This document shows positions 1-9,797 of a DNA stretch of 64,000 nt, piece by piece. Under the pieces are notes generated by a model, which worked only from the letters and a program-made list of their open reading frames with translations, searched no databases and was not told the origin of the DNA. The position numbers were made by a program, and so were the translations under genes. Each line of letters starts with the position of its first letter. The first letter of the stretch is position 1. Origin of the DNA: a virus; the IMG/VR virus record IMGVR_UViG_3300045988_017048, positions 32,001 to 96,000 of that record. One strand, written 5' to 3'.

Positions 1-693
1 GTAAGGAGAAGCTGACTTAGGCTTATACTCCTCAGAAGGTGCAGCACTTACTGCAACTTCACTTCCAAGGATGCCAAGCACTTCCTCTTTCTCATACTCC
101 TCAATTGTGCCATTGTTCTCAAGAATTTCCACCAACTTATTGATAGCAGTTCTTGCTACAATATCAACACACTCACCACCTTTACTTGCAGGTGCTACAG
201 AGGCACTTACTTTAGGAGTGTTTACAGGTGCTTCTACCTTTTCCTCCTTTTTAGTCTCAGCCTTAGTCTCAGCTTTAGGGGCAGGCTTTAAAGCATCATT
301 GTTCTGTACCAATGCAATAAGGTCAGCAGTCTTACACATAGTGAAGTTCTTACCAAACTTCTTTACACAAGCATCCTGCAAACCCATAGACTTGATAGCA
401 TTATATGCCTCAGTTCTGCTCATTGCTCCTGACCTAATCTTCTTATTGGTGTTAGTAAGCATGAAAACCAACTCATTGGTGATAGTTCCCTTGTAAGGAA
501 CATCATGAGGAAGAACTGAAGCATCATTCTTCAATTCAACCTTTGATGTACCCTCAAAGAAGGTCATACCATCATAGTCAATACCATTGGCTCTCAAGTC
601 ACTCTTCAACTCAGCAAGAGTCGTGGCTGCTGACATAATAACACTCTTCTTCTGATTCTTAGTCTGTACGACTGTAATTTTTCTCGCTTCCAT
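1..693 (-). CDS. hypothetical protein, N-terminal 231 codons (ORF runs off window start; absent from supplied track)
   Basis: Minus-strand ATG at 693-691 (MEARKITVVQTKNQKK...) reads 231 codons without a stop to position 1. There is an A-run just upstream, as in neighbouring genes. Confidence 0.6.
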   Translation of the reverse strand, partial: MEARKITVVQTKNQKKSVIMSAATTLAELKSDLRANGIDYDGMTFFEGTSKVELKNDASVLPHDVPYKGTITNELVFMLTNTNKKIRSGAMSRTEAYNAIKSMGLQDACVKKFGKNFTMCKTADLIALVQNNDALKPAPKAETKAETKKEEKVEAPVNTPKVSASVAPASKGGECVDIVARTAINKLVEILENNGTIEEYEKEEVLGILGSEVAVSAAPSEEYKPKSASPY

Positions 694-732
694 GTTTTCA
701 CTTTTTTTTTATAAATTGAACTTATTGAAACT

Positions 733-1773
733 TTAATCTATACAAAAGGGCAAATCATTCCAATCATTGTCCTCTTGTCTTGAAGGGTTAAATAAAGGCT
801 TGATTATTCTAAGGAACTCATCTTTGCCCTTAGCCTTATACAAGTCTGAAATATCCTTCCCTTCATTAAAGGATGGTAATACTACATTAGTAAAACCTGT
901 TTCCTCAGCTAATTTCTGGGCATCTTTCAATCCTGGCTCATCATTATCCAAGCAAATGAAGACTTGTTTATATCTTCTTTTCAGTTCACTAATTGCAGTA
1001 TCACTCATTCTATATCCCTCGCCTTGAATGGCAAGAGATGGAATACCTGTATTAGCCCATAGACATAGTGCATCCTTCAGTGATGAACATATACATACTC
1101 TGTCTCCATACGAAGGAACTTTAGTCCACAGGCTTATTACAGAATTGTCATGCTTGTTACTCCACTTATAACCAGCTTTATTGAAAGGCTGATATATCTT
1201 TAGAGTAACTTTACCTTCCTTGTGTTCTACATAAGCATAGGCATACTTATCAGCCCCAAACACATATCTATGACCATCTTTTATGATAATCTTATGAGAT
1301 ATAGGGTAAACCTCTGCATACTTGAGCCATTCCAAAGTTATACCATAGGATGACCAATATTCAATGTCATAACTTCTCCAATCTCTGACTTTGCACTGCA
1401 AGTCTGTATCTTTATTGTAACTGTTTGTATTTCTTACAGCACAGGGAGTGTATGAATGAATATTGGCACCACCACAGAACTTTGAAATGTCTTCATTAAC
1501 CCTTGTTAGAGTACTGATATAGTCAGTACCCCACATATGACCAAGAAGGTCAAATAAGCCTCCTCTATCCCTCGTGGATAAGTCTGTATAAAATATTCTT
1601 CTACCATCAGTAGAATAAAGACCAAAAGAGGGTCTTCTATCCTGTCTAAGGGGACTGTTAATTATGCACGGAACCTCTGTGACTCCTAAGTAATATGACA
1701 GAATGTCTGCTTCTGTCACTTTACTTAGAATATCATCAAGGCTCACAGAAGATTTACCTTTGCTGAATGCCAT
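733..1773 (-). CDS. DNA primase (TOPRIM / DnaG-like)
   Basis: The C-terminal half has TOPRIM-type signatures: QGEG ... FICLDNDEPGLKDAQKLAE (E ... DxD). It sits beside the helicase genes. Confidence 0.75.
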   Translation of the reverse strand: MAFSKGKSSVSLDDILSKVTEADILSYYLGVTEVPCIINSPLRQDRRPSFGLYSTDGRRIFYTDLSTRDRGGLFDLLGHMWGTDYISTLTRVNEDISKFCGGANIHSYTPCAVRNTNSYNKDTDLQCKVRDWRSYDIEYWSSYGITLEWLKYAEVYPISHKIIIKDGHRYVFGADKYAYAYVEHKEGKVTLKIYQPFNKAGYKWSNKHDNSVISLWTKVPSYGDRVCICSSLKDALCLWANTGIPSLAIQGEGYRMSDTAISELKRRYKQVFICLDNDEPGLKDAQKLAEETGFTNVVLPSFNEGKDISDLYKAKGKDEFLRIIKPLFNPSRQEDNDWNDLPFCID

Positions 1774-1788
1774 TTGTTTTTTTTCTAA

Positions 1789-2742
1789 TTATTTCTTACC
1801 AAAATCCCAAGGTGTACTACCAGCATCATTGCCAGGAGGGAAAGGCATATCACCTGCTGCACCAGAGTTACTGAGGTCTGTAGACTCTACATCATACTCC
1901 TTCAAATCATCTACAATAAACTCAGTAGTAGGATATACACCAGCAGCCTTCTTTTCCTGCAAGTTTTCATCCAACTTACTGTAATCAGTGGTATTGTTCC
2001 TTAAGAACATCTGATTATAAACAGCCTGATACTGCTTGTTATCATCAGTGGTTCTTACACCAAACAATACCTTAACCTTGTTATTAGGCTGCAATGCAAT
2101 AACATCTCTCAGCTCCTTGAAATTACCCTTGAAGTACTCAGCAATACTCTCAAGTCTTGCTTCACAATCCTCAGGGTTGTCTACCATAACCCAAGTATTA
2201 TTGACATACTTCATTACATTAGGAATGCCAAGATATGCCTTGATGAATTTGGTAAGTTCCTCCTCACCCTGATAAGCAGGTCTATAATCCTTGTCAATGT
2301 TGGCAGGACCATTCTTATATATAGGAATCTCATGTGCTCTAGCCTGCTCTATAGTAACCCAAGCAGTTCTACCATACTTGTCAATTACCTGTACCTTAGT
2401 TTGGCCTTTATTATATCTGTATTCATTCCTGATGAAGAAAGCTACCTTAGTAGTAAACTCAATACCACCACAGTTCTCAGCATCAGTCTTAACAATGAAG
2501 TCAAGTCTGACAGTCTGTACCTTGTGCTTGTCCTCACCTACCTCAACCTCACTCAAATATTCAGGGTCATTTTCAAGCTGGGTATTATAAAGTTTCTCTA
2601 ACTCTGCCTTGTTAGGATTTATAGCCAAAACAAATACAGGAGCTACACCTATATATCTCTTTACTGCATTGCCTTCCTTGCTCTCTGTTCCTTTACTAAA
2701 TGCCATGAAAGCATATCCAACTTTTTTATTATTCTCACTCAT
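1789..2742 (-). CDS. hypothetical protein (position compatible with a replication accessory/ssDNA-binding role; not recognised)
   Basis: Long ORF on the coding strand of the replication arm. No motif recognised. Confidence 0.6.
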   Translation of the reverse strand: MSENNKKVGYAFMAFSKGTESKEGNAVKRYIGVAPVFVLAINPNKAELEKLYNTQLENDPEYLSEVEVGEDKHKVQTVRLDFIVKTDAENCGGIEFTTKVAFFIRNEYRYNKGQTKVQVIDKYGRTAWVTIEQARAHEIPIYKNGPANIDKDYRPAYQGEEELTKFIKAYLGIPNVMKYVNNTWVMVDNPEDCEARLESIAEYFKGNFKELRDVIALQPNNKVKVLFGVRTTDDNKQYQAVYNQMFLRNNTTDYSKLDENLQEKKAAGVYPTTEFIVDDLKEYDVESTDLSNSGAAGDMPFPPGNDAGSTPWDFGKK

Positions 2743-2771
2743 ATTCTTATTTTTTTTTAGTTTCTAATTAA

Positions 2772-3254
2772 TTACTCTCCAAGAGACAGTCTGCTATCAG
2801 CCTCTGCATCATTAAAGGAGTTAGTAGGGTCAAAAGGAGCCTTTTCACCAGCCTTTACTTCTGTCTCAGGTGCCTTCTCAGTGTCATCTACCATCTCAAA
2901 GTCAATATTTTCAACCTCAGGCTCTTCTACATGGATTTCATATACATTAGCCTCCTCATTGAATACTACTGTACCAGCCTTAGGCTCATACTTAGTAACC
3001 TTTACAGGCTTACCATCCTTATCAACCTTACCAGTATCTTCTACCTTCTTGACAACCAAGTCTTCACTTGTGAAGCCACCTGTCAAAGCCTTGACACCCA
3101 TCTCATGTCCCTCAATCTCCTCAGTCAGAGCATTATACTCTGCATTGAGTTCATCAATCTTGGCAGCAATCTTGTTCTTCTTTACTACCAAGGGATTAAC
3201 ATTCTGTGCAATTCTTTTTACACCTGCAAACTGTCTTACTGTTAATGTCTTCAT
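2772..3254 (-). CDS. hypothetical acidic protein
   Basis: 160 aa ORF, same strand, with tight spacing to its neighbours. Confidence 0.6.
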   Translation of the reverse strand: MKTLTVRQFAGVKRIAQNVNPLVVKKNKIAAKIDELNAEYNALTEEIEGHEMGVKALTGGFTSEDLVVKKVEDTGKVDKDGKPVKVTKYEPKAGTVVFNEEANVYEIHVEEPEVENIDFEMVDDTEKAPETEVKAGEKAPFDPTNSFNDAEADSRLSLGE

Positions 3255-3265
3255 AATTGTTTCTT

Positions 3266-3529
3266 TTAATATATTAAAATAACTTTGTTATTATTACTTA
3301 ATCTAAATACATTGTACTTGGTAATATAATAATCAATTGCAGTTAAATAGAAATTAAGAGTTATTTGTATTGGTAATTGGGATAGTGTTTTAATAAACAA
3401 ATCAATCTTACTTTTCTCTTTACCTTTTTCCAATAAGAACTCTTCTAACATCTGTAACTGACTATTCATATTAAATGGTGTAATACCATATATTTGATTA
3501 CCAAGTTCTATTGTCTTCTCTCTATCCAT
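3266..3529 (-). CDS. hypothetical protein
   Basis: 87 aa ORF. Its start overlaps the stop of the upstream gene by 8 nt (coupled). Confidence 0.5.
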   Translation of the reverse strand: MDREKTIELGNQIYGITPFNMNSQLQMLEEFLLEKGKEKSKIDLFIKTLSQLPIQITLNFYLTAIDYYITKYNVFRLSNNNKVILIY

Positions 3530-4292
3530 AAATCTCTCTCAATTTATCTACTACTATAGATAAATCATTAGGAATCTCATCAGGAAGGTCATCCAATGCA
3601 CCAAGGCTGTCTTTAGCAGGATATTCTCCATCAAACTCCTTTACAAAGTGCTTGATAGGTCTCTTGTTTTCTGCATCATATCCTACCTTGCCAAAGAGGA
3701 TAATATCAAATTTCCCTTCTGGTGTGATGTAATCATCCACCATCTTTCCAGTAGTCTTAAACTTATAGGAAATAGAGTCTCCATTCTTATCCTTATACTC
3801 CTCATAGTGGGCACAGCAGATAATGTTCTTATTCTCAGGAAGACCCTTAAAGGCATCAAAGATAAGACCCATTCCATAGCCAATCTGCTTAGGAGTATCC
3901 CATCCACCCTTCATGGCATTAGCCATATAGAAATCCTGTGCAAGATAATTGAAATCATCAATCACAATATTCTTGAAAGGAGACTTCTTCAGCATATCTA
4001 TGAGTTCTGCTATCACTGCAAACCTATCAAGACCTGTAAGACTATCTACCTGTACCCTGTTACCTGTACCAAGGGCATTTGTATTTGTAAGTTTCTGTGT
4101 AGGCTTACCTACATTCTCTATCCCAATGCTACCCTCAATTAGTTTGAAGTTAGGGTTAGGAACACCCCTACCAATACACTGGATAACATAAGTTTCCTTT
4201 GGGTCAAGCCCCTTAATACCTAACTTCTCCCTACCACAGTAGGAAGTAGTCTTTCCAAAACCACTTTTTGCAAGAACTAAAATCTTTGCCAT
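3522..4292 (-). CDS. P-loop ATPase, AAA_24 / Sak4-like recombination-replication ATPase
   Basis: N-terminal Walker A (VLAKSGFGKTTS) and Walker B-like IVIDDFNYL. Size and layout are typical of phage AAA_24 proteins. Confidence 0.65.
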   Translation of the reverse strand: MAKILVLAKSGFGKTTSYCGREKLGIKGLDPKETYVIQCIGRGVPNPNFKLIEGSIGIENVGKPTQKLTNTNALGTGNRVQVDSLTGLDRFAVIAELIDMLKKSPFKNIVIDDFNYLAQDFYMANAMKGGWDTPKQIGYGMGLIFDAFKGLPENKNIICCAHYEEYKDKNGDSISYKFKTTGKMVDDYITPEGKFDIILFGKVGYDAENKRPIKHFVKEFDGEYPAKDSLGALDDLPDEIPNDLSIVVDKLREIYG

Positions 4293-4315
4293 TGTTTTTG
4301 TTTTATATGTTACTT

Positions 4316-5521
4316 TTACTTGAAAAGGGCTGCAAATTTACTAAATAGTTTAGTTATCCACAACCCTTTATCTATTTTACTTATTCCATAGCTAAAAAAT
4401 GACTTAGCTATCTTTGCTCTCATGTCTTGGAGAGATTTATATACGTTCTGTATCTTAGGGTCATCAGCTTTTGGTAGTTCACTGAAATAGTTGGCAGCTC
4501 CATCAAAGTATAAAGCTATTATACCTCCTGGACTTCCACCTCTATTGATAAGCACCTCCAAGAATCTACAATTATCCCTTAACTTTGAGATGTCATAACC
4601 AAAGTATTCTTTGAGTTCATACTTGAAAGGGCTAAATATACCCAAAGCTACATTACAATCTCTCATAGTATACTTTGAATCAGCAGCTCCTGCAACTGTA
4701 GGTCTTACTCTATTAAGTTTTATGTTCTCAATACCTTCATTCTCAAAGGCTTGCTGTTGTACAATTACAGGACTAAAGTTATATCTGTTTCTAAGTATAA
4801 CACAATACTCACTTAATTTGTCAATACTTTGTTTCAAGGACATTCCTCTCTCAGTATTAGTCAATGATATATGGTCATAGAATATAATTCTATACTCATC
4901 TGGGTCATTAGATTCATACCAATCAAAGGCATCCACAGTGGTAACTTCTCCTAATTCTCCTTTTATAGTTTGCTTCTTAGTGTGTACAATACCATTACTT
5001 TCTGCATACTTCCTACATTCATTGTATACTCCTGTAGGGTTTGTAGATGCACTAAATATAATATTACTTTCAAAGAATTTAAGAATATCCAAATACTCAT
5101 CCTTTTTAAGTAAGTCTATTATAGTTTCATCTAACACTTTATTATTCCTGACAGACCTTAGGTCAGTTGGGCTAATTCTTATCTTGTAGCCACTCAATGT
5201 GTAGAGCAGATAAGACATGAATCTTGTCATAATATCCTCAGGAGTTTCCTCCAAAGGATAATAAAATATCTTAACCCTCAGCTTGTCAGGATTATTATAG
5301 GCATAAAGTAGAGTATTATATATGAATAAATAAGATGCTATTTGAGTCTTAGCTGACTTTGTTGAGCCAGTTACAACATAATACTTACCCTGTTCTACTC
5401 CCAAGAAATCCTCACTAAATCTAATAAAGGGGGATGGAATAGAGTTTATACCGCCATTGATGACCTTTTTTCTCCTTTCTTCAAGACCACTTAATACTCT
5501 GTTTATAAGACTCTTATCCAT
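4316..5521 (-). CDS. DnaB-like replicative helicase
   Basis: 401 aa. It has a degenerate P-loop (VVTGSTKSAKTQ), Walker B-like IIFYDHISL and RecA-type C-terminal domain features. Primase and helicase are neighbours. Confidence 0.6.
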   Translation of the reverse strand: MDKSLINRVLSGLEERRKKVINGGINSIPSPFIRFSEDFLGVEQGKYYVVTGSTKSAKTQIASYLFIYNTLLYAYNNPDKLRVKIFYYPLEETPEDIMTRFMSYLLYTLSGYKIRISPTDLRSVRNNKVLDETIIDLLKKDEYLDILKFFESNIIFSASTNPTGVYNECRKYAESNGIVHTKKQTIKGELGEVTTVDAFDWYESNDPDEYRIIFYDHISLTNTERGMSLKQSIDKLSEYCVILRNRYNFSPVIVQQQAFENEGIENIKLNRVRPTVAGAADSKYTMRDCNVALGIFSPFKYELKEYFGYDISKLRDNCRFLEVLINRGGSPGGIIALYFDGAANYFSELPKADDPKIQNVYKSLQDMRAKIAKSFFSYGISKIDKGLWITKLFSKFAALFK

Positions 5522-5522
5522 A

Positions 5523-6122
5523 CTACCTTAACTCTGTATTCCAATCCCTACTTAGAGTATCTTCTTGCCCGAAGTTCTCAATATAACTAATCAATTCTGA
5601 GTCTCCTTCAACCTCACCAGCAGCACCAACTTTCTCTTTGAATATGAAATACTTCAATAACCTCATATATGTATAGTTCCCATTGAAACCCTCCACATAC
5701 TTACTGGTTGCCTGTATGATTTGCTCATCAGTATAAGTACTTCCATACTTCTTAAAGAATAACTTTAATCTTCGCACAATCAAAGCTACCCCATCTGCCC
5801 AATAATAGTTAGTGCCATCTTTCTTACCTTTAGGAAATATCTCCTTTAGCCTTGTAGCCAACTGAATTAACCTGTCATTAGGTTCTTGTTTCTTATCAGA
5901 GTCTACAATTACAGAATCTATTACCTCAGTGCCCTTATTAGTAAGTCTCCATCCAATCTGCTGGAACAGGTCATCCCTGTTAGCAGTTATATAGCCTTTC
6001 CTGATTAGCTCCTTTTGAGCCACATCAAGGTCAGCATTATTATGGATGGCAAGCATTAAAAGAGCCTCAGCAAGACTAATGTTGTTCTTCTGACACCCTT
6101 CTTTACTTAAACATATTGTCAT
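5523..6122 (-). CDS. hypothetical protein
   Basis: 199 aa ORF, translationally coupled to both neighbours. Confidence 0.6.
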   Translation of the reverse strand: MTICLSKEGCQKNNISLAEALLMLAIHNNADLDVAQKELIRKGYITANRDDLFQQIGWRLTNKGTEVIDSVIVDSDKKQEPNDRLIQLATRLKEIFPKGKKDGTNYYWADGVALIVRRLKLFFKKYGSTYTDEQIIQATSKYVEGFNGNYTYMRLLKYFIFKEKVGAAGEVEGDSELISYIENFGQEDTLSRDWNTELR

Positions 6123-7255
6123 AGCTTAATGTCATTAATACTATCAACACTAATGATAGAATCCTCAGAGTACTCCTCTATCATCTTCTGCACAAGTTCT
6201 TCTTCCCTTGTATCCTTGAAATAAGGTATGATAATAATAGGGGATTTATGTCTAAGTATTCTACCAACTCTTTGCTTTACTACAATCTCCGAACTATTCA
6301 AGTTGCAGAATATACCTATCCTACAATTAGTCAAGTTCACACCTTCATTGAGTATGTTACAGGCAGTAATATGTTTAATCTTGTTGAGATTAAACATCTC
6401 AAGGTTCTTTACTGAAGCCTTATTCTTCGAGGTGATATTATATTTACCTAACCTCTCTGACTGTTCAATACTACTACAGAAAGTCAAAGTCTTGTAATTT
6501 CTGAACTTGTCAAGAAGAGATGATACAAGGGCTTCCTTCTGTTCAGCACACCACTTCAGCCTTTTACCTGCTGTTGAAAGCCATAAGTTCTTCATCCTCT
6601 CATTTCTTGAGTTAAAGTACTTATTCTTGTACCACTCTATGAGTGAAGAGACACTATCATAATAACCTTTCTGAGTAGTAGTAACCTCCTTGCCAAATCT
6701 TTTGGTTCTGTATTTACATATAGAATTATCCAAGGTTAAAGGCAACAGATACACTGTAGGCTCAGGTAATACTTCATCTTTTACAGCCTCCTTGAGACCA
6801 CATTTAATGACCTCAGCCTTATGATTGTAGATGAAATAATCCCTCATGTCTCTCTTAATAGTGGCAGACAATCCAATGAAAGATTCACTAATATGGATAG
6901 TCTCCAATACATCAATTCTTGCTTCTGACAAATGCTGCATCTCATCTGCTACTACTACATCAAAGCATGAGTTCTCATAGTTCTTTAATGACTCATAACA
7001 CTCAATGGTAATATAGTCAGACTTAATACCTCCCCATTTCTCAATCTCATCCTTCCAAGTCTGCTTATGTACAGTCTTGGCTACAAGGATAAGTATAGTA
7101 GGGCACTCATTATCCCTAAATATCCTATCACATATATGATTAATGAGGTCTATTGCCAATTTGGATTTACCAAAGCCTGTGATTAGCTCCAATATCATAT
7201 ACTTAGTCATATCTACCTTAGATAAGGCTAAATCATGTATCTCTTCTCTTGTCAT
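6119..7255 (-). CDS. superfamily II DExH helicase
   Basis: Motif I ITGFGKSKLA, motif II VVADEMQHL, motif III LSAT, motif VI QRVGRILRH. Confidence 0.75.
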   Translation of the reverse strand: MTREEIHDLALSKVDMTKYMILELITGFGKSKLAIDLINHICDRIFRDNECPTILILVAKTVHKQTWKDEIEKWGGIKSDYITIECYESLKNYENSCFDVVVADEMQHLSEARIDVLETIHISESFIGLSATIKRDMRDYFIYNHKAEVIKCGLKEAVKDEVLPEPTVYLLPLTLDNSICKYRTKRFGKEVTTTQKGYYDSVSSLIEWYKNKYFNSRNERMKNLWLSTAGKRLKWCAEQKEALVSSLLDKFRNYKTLTFCSSIEQSERLGKYNITSKNKASVKNLEMFNLNKIKHITACNILNEGVNLTNCRIGIFCNLNSSEIVVKQRVGRILRHKSPIIIIPYFKDTREEELVQKMIEEYSEDSIISVDSINDIKL

Positions 7256-7758
7256 TCTCTGTTATTTACAATACTTTTTAATGTACTTATATATTCTTTA
7301 TCATTTGCATAGTTTATCTTTTCAAGAAAAGCATAGTAGTTATTCGGAGGTTGATATTTCTTTTGTATCCACTCCTTATAAGCTACAACACTTTCAGCCC
7401 AATGCTTGAACTTACAATACCTCTTTTCTTTACTATTATAAAGACCAAAGAGGTTATTATACTTCAAGCATATCTTAGACTTGAAATGTCCTGTTTCAAG
7501 AACAGCTTGGGCATAGACAATATCCTTATGCTCTAAACCATAATAAGACAAAGCCTCCTCCAGACCCTCCTTAGGGGTCTGAGAGAAGAACTTTGGCTGC
7601 TCATTAATAATGGTATCAGCTACCTCTATGACAGGGACAGTTTCAACCTTTGGCTGTTGAGAAACTATACTCTTGACCTGCAAGAGTAATACAATTACTA
7701 CACTCCACGGCACCACTGTAGCTGCTACAATGAGTGCTTTCAACCATTTATTTCTCAT
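7252..7758 (-). CDS. peptidoglycan hydrolase, glucosaminidase (FlgJ/mannosyl-glycoprotein endo-beta-N-acetylglucosaminidase-like) domain with N-terminal membrane anchor
   Basis: Hydrophobic N-terminus (WLKALIVAATVVPWSVVIVLLL), followed by YAQAVLETGHF...YNNLFG, which is characteristic of the Glucosaminidase domain. Confidence 0.65.
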   Translation of the reverse strand: MRNKWLKALIVAATVVPWSVVIVLLLQVKSIVSQQPKVETVPVIEVADTIINEQPKFFSQTPKEGLEEALSYYGLEHKDIVYAQAVLETGHFKSKICLKYNNLFGLYNSKEKRYCKFKHWAESVVAYKEWIQKKYQPPNNYYAFLEKINYANDKEYISTLKSIVNNRE

Positions 7759-8075
7759 ATCTTTCTTGAAAAGAATTTATCCTTGAATCTCCAATATGTG
7801 TACCAAGTACCATAATAGTAACTATCAGGGTCTGAGTAGTGCTTTAACCATATAACCCAAAATACAATGACCTCTGCTATATTAACAAATGGTATAATAC
7901 TAGTAATCAGCATGATAAGTGCTATCCACAATGGAATACCTATCTTTTTAGCTTTTTCCCAGTCAAAGTCCCACTTATTATTACCTTCTGACATGATTGT
8001 AATTGTATAAGTGTGCTTTAGTACATATATCTGGATTATGAAGGACACTAAACCAATTATAGTTAGATTTGCCAT
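7755..8075 (-). CDS. small membrane protein
   Basis: 106 aa with at least two hydrophobic helices. Coupled to its neighbours. Confidence 0.5.
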   Translation of the reverse strand: MANLTIIGLVSFIIQIYVLKHTYTITIMSEGNNKWDFDWEKAKKIGIPLWIALIMLITSIIPFVNIAEVIVFWVIWLKHYSDPDSYYYGTWYTYWRFKDKFFSRKI

Positions 8076-8599
8076 TAGATGTTGAGTTTATTGTTAATAT
8101 CAGAAGACTTAGGAAAGAGTTTCTTTCTTTCAATATCAGCTACTTCAATAGCTTCATTAAGAGTTTTATATCTTCCAAATGAGATACCATTTATTCTTAC
8201 CCTATACTTCCCATCTTCTAATGTAACATTTCTATGTTTAGTATTAGAATTTAATAGAGTAGAGATATTCTGAGCATTTTCTGTAGGAGTTACCTCCCTG
8301 AGATTGCTCTTTCTATTGTTCAAGGTATTATGGTCTATATGGTCAATAACATTGTTAGGATTACTTTTGCTCATAATAACATTGTGAATCCAGTACTGCT
8401 TTCTCACCTTATCAATCTGAACTTTCGTCTTAACCCCATCAATGTGTCCTGTCCTATTTCTATTAATATGCCATGTACTCTTGAATTGTGACACCCTCAT
8501 TAAGTCCTCTCTGTCTATATAACAAATTAAGTCCCTTTCTTTATAGTTTATGACTATACCTAAGGTGTCATCATCAATCTCTACTACTCTATTTTTCAT
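8075..8599 (-). CDS. HNH homing endonuclease with AP2-type DNA-binding domain
   Basis: IDHIDHNTLNNRKSNLREVTPTENAQN (HNH_3-type), followed by GKYRVRINGISFGRYKTLNEAIE (AP2-like). Confidence 0.75.
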   Translation of the reverse strand: MKNRVVEIDDDTLGIVINYKERDLICYIDREDLMRVSQFKSTWHINRNRTGHIDGVKTKVQIDKVRKQYWIHNVIMSKSNPNNVIDHIDHNTLNNRKSNLREVTPTENAQNISTLLNSNTKHRNVTLEDGKYRVRINGISFGRYKTLNEAIEVADIERKKLFPKSSDINNKLNI

Positions 8600-9405
8600 T
8601 ATTTACCTCCCATTTTACTTACATCTAAAAACACTCCACTATTACCCCCTGAAACTACAGTTGGAATTTCTCCATTCCACTTCTCAATCCACTGCTGCTT
8701 GAGAATCAATGGAGTCAAAGCCTGTGTTCTAAGCTTATTAGCCTCTGCTTCAGCCTGTGCTGCAACTACCTTCTTCTCTGCCTCTGCCTTAACTACAGCA
8801 AGCTCATTCTGAGCCTTCTGAGCCTTTTGTATAGCAGCATTTTTGGCATTAACTGCATCTACAATAGACTGAGGATATTTCAATCCTGAAGTTAGCTGTT
8901 CCAACTGAAAATTTTCCTTGAGCAATGCCTTGGACAAATGTGCTTCAATAGCTTTCTCTACCATATCTCTGTTTGATACAATCTCATCAGTAGTATACTT
9001 ATTGAGCTGAATCCTAAAGGCATCCTTTACATAGTTAAAGAGAGTTCCATTGATAACATCAGCAAGCTCCTTCCTATACTTCTTGAATACCTGAGGTGAC
9101 TTGCCATCAGCAATCTTCAATGAAATAGTAGGGTCAATACTGAACTCTGAACCATCCTTTGCATTAATTGTGAAAGCAGGATAATCTACTGTCTGGACAT
9201 AAGTAGGATACTCATAAACCTGCTCAGTGAATGGATTATACCACACTGCACCAGTAACCAAAGATACATCATCTACACCCTTTTCAGAGCCATAGAGGTT
9301 TACCTTAATACCCTCACAACCTGCATCCACTCTCTCATAACCACATGAGGACATACCCAACATGGTAAACAATGCCATAAGGCACATAATTACTTTACTT
9401 TTCAT
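8599..9405 (-). CDS. SPFH/Band-7 (stomatin/prohibitin-like) lipoprotein
   Basis: Lipoprotein-type signal (MKSKVIMCLMALFTMLGMSSC). An SPFH-like core is followed by an Ala/Glu/Lys-rich coiled coil (AQAEAEANKLR). Confidence 0.6.
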   Translation of the reverse strand: MKSKVIMCLMALFTMLGMSSCGYERVDAGCEGIKVNLYGSEKGVDDVSLVTGAVWYNPFTEQVYEYPTYVQTVDYPAFTINAKDGSEFSIDPTISLKIADGKSPQVFKKYRKELADVINGTLFNYVKDAFRIQLNKYTTDEIVSNRDMVEKAIEAHLSKALLKENFQLEQLTSGLKYPQSIVDAVNAKNAAIQKAQKAQNELAVVKAEAEKKVVAAQAEAEANKLRTQALTPLILKQQWIEKWNGEIPTVVSGGNSGVFLDVSKMGGK

Positions 9406-9586
9406 TTTCTTTTGTTTTAATGAATTTAATTATTACTTCTACACCCATCCATATAGCTACTATTAACAATACAATTCCTGCAATGTTAGCAGCTGTGTTA
9501 CTCATGGTGAGTAATTGAGTAACAGCATTTAGTGCTATGAATAAACATAGTACTAAACATACTACCTTGATAATGAATTTTCTCAT
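9395..9586 (-). CDS. small two-helix membrane protein
   Basis: 63 aa, almost entirely hydrophobic. It overlaps the SPFH gene start by 11 nt. Confidence 0.5.
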   Translation of the reverse strand: MRKFIIKVVCLVLCLFIALNAVTQLLTMSNTAANIAGIVLLIVAIWMGVEVIIKFIKTKENEK

Positions 9587-9590
9587 ATTA

Positions 9591-9797
9591 TTAATCCCAA
9601 TACCAAATACTTCTTGATACCATCTTTCTCATAGATATATGACCATCCAAGAGCTTCCAAAGCTTTTTATGTCTAAAAAACTTAAACTTTGCTTTTTCAC
9701 CATTTTTGCCTCCCACTATCTTATATATAGCTCTTTTCCTTATAGGATATTTGCTAAGATACTTATGGGGTATTTTGTACTTCTTTCCTTTACTCAT
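9591..9797 (-). CDS. hypothetical small basic protein
   Basis: 68 aa, Lys/Arg-rich ORF on the coding strand. Confidence 0.4.
   Translation of the reverse strand: MSKGKKYKIPHKYLSKYPIRKRAIYKIVGGKNGEKAKFKFFRHKKLWKLLDGHISMRKMVSRSIWYWD

Noticed and set aside
71-496. Plus-strand 141 aa ORF, and many similar track ORFs antisense to long genes (for example 767..1027, 2036..2601, 2881..3282, 3648..4191, 15548..16192, 27852..28413, 40466..40951, 41483..41935, 57395..58488 and 59829..63834).
   Set aside because: These are shadow ORFs. They lie opposite much longer, motif-bearing or tightly coupled ORFs, their composition is low-complexity (Ser/Leu/Ile-rich), and they lack start context.
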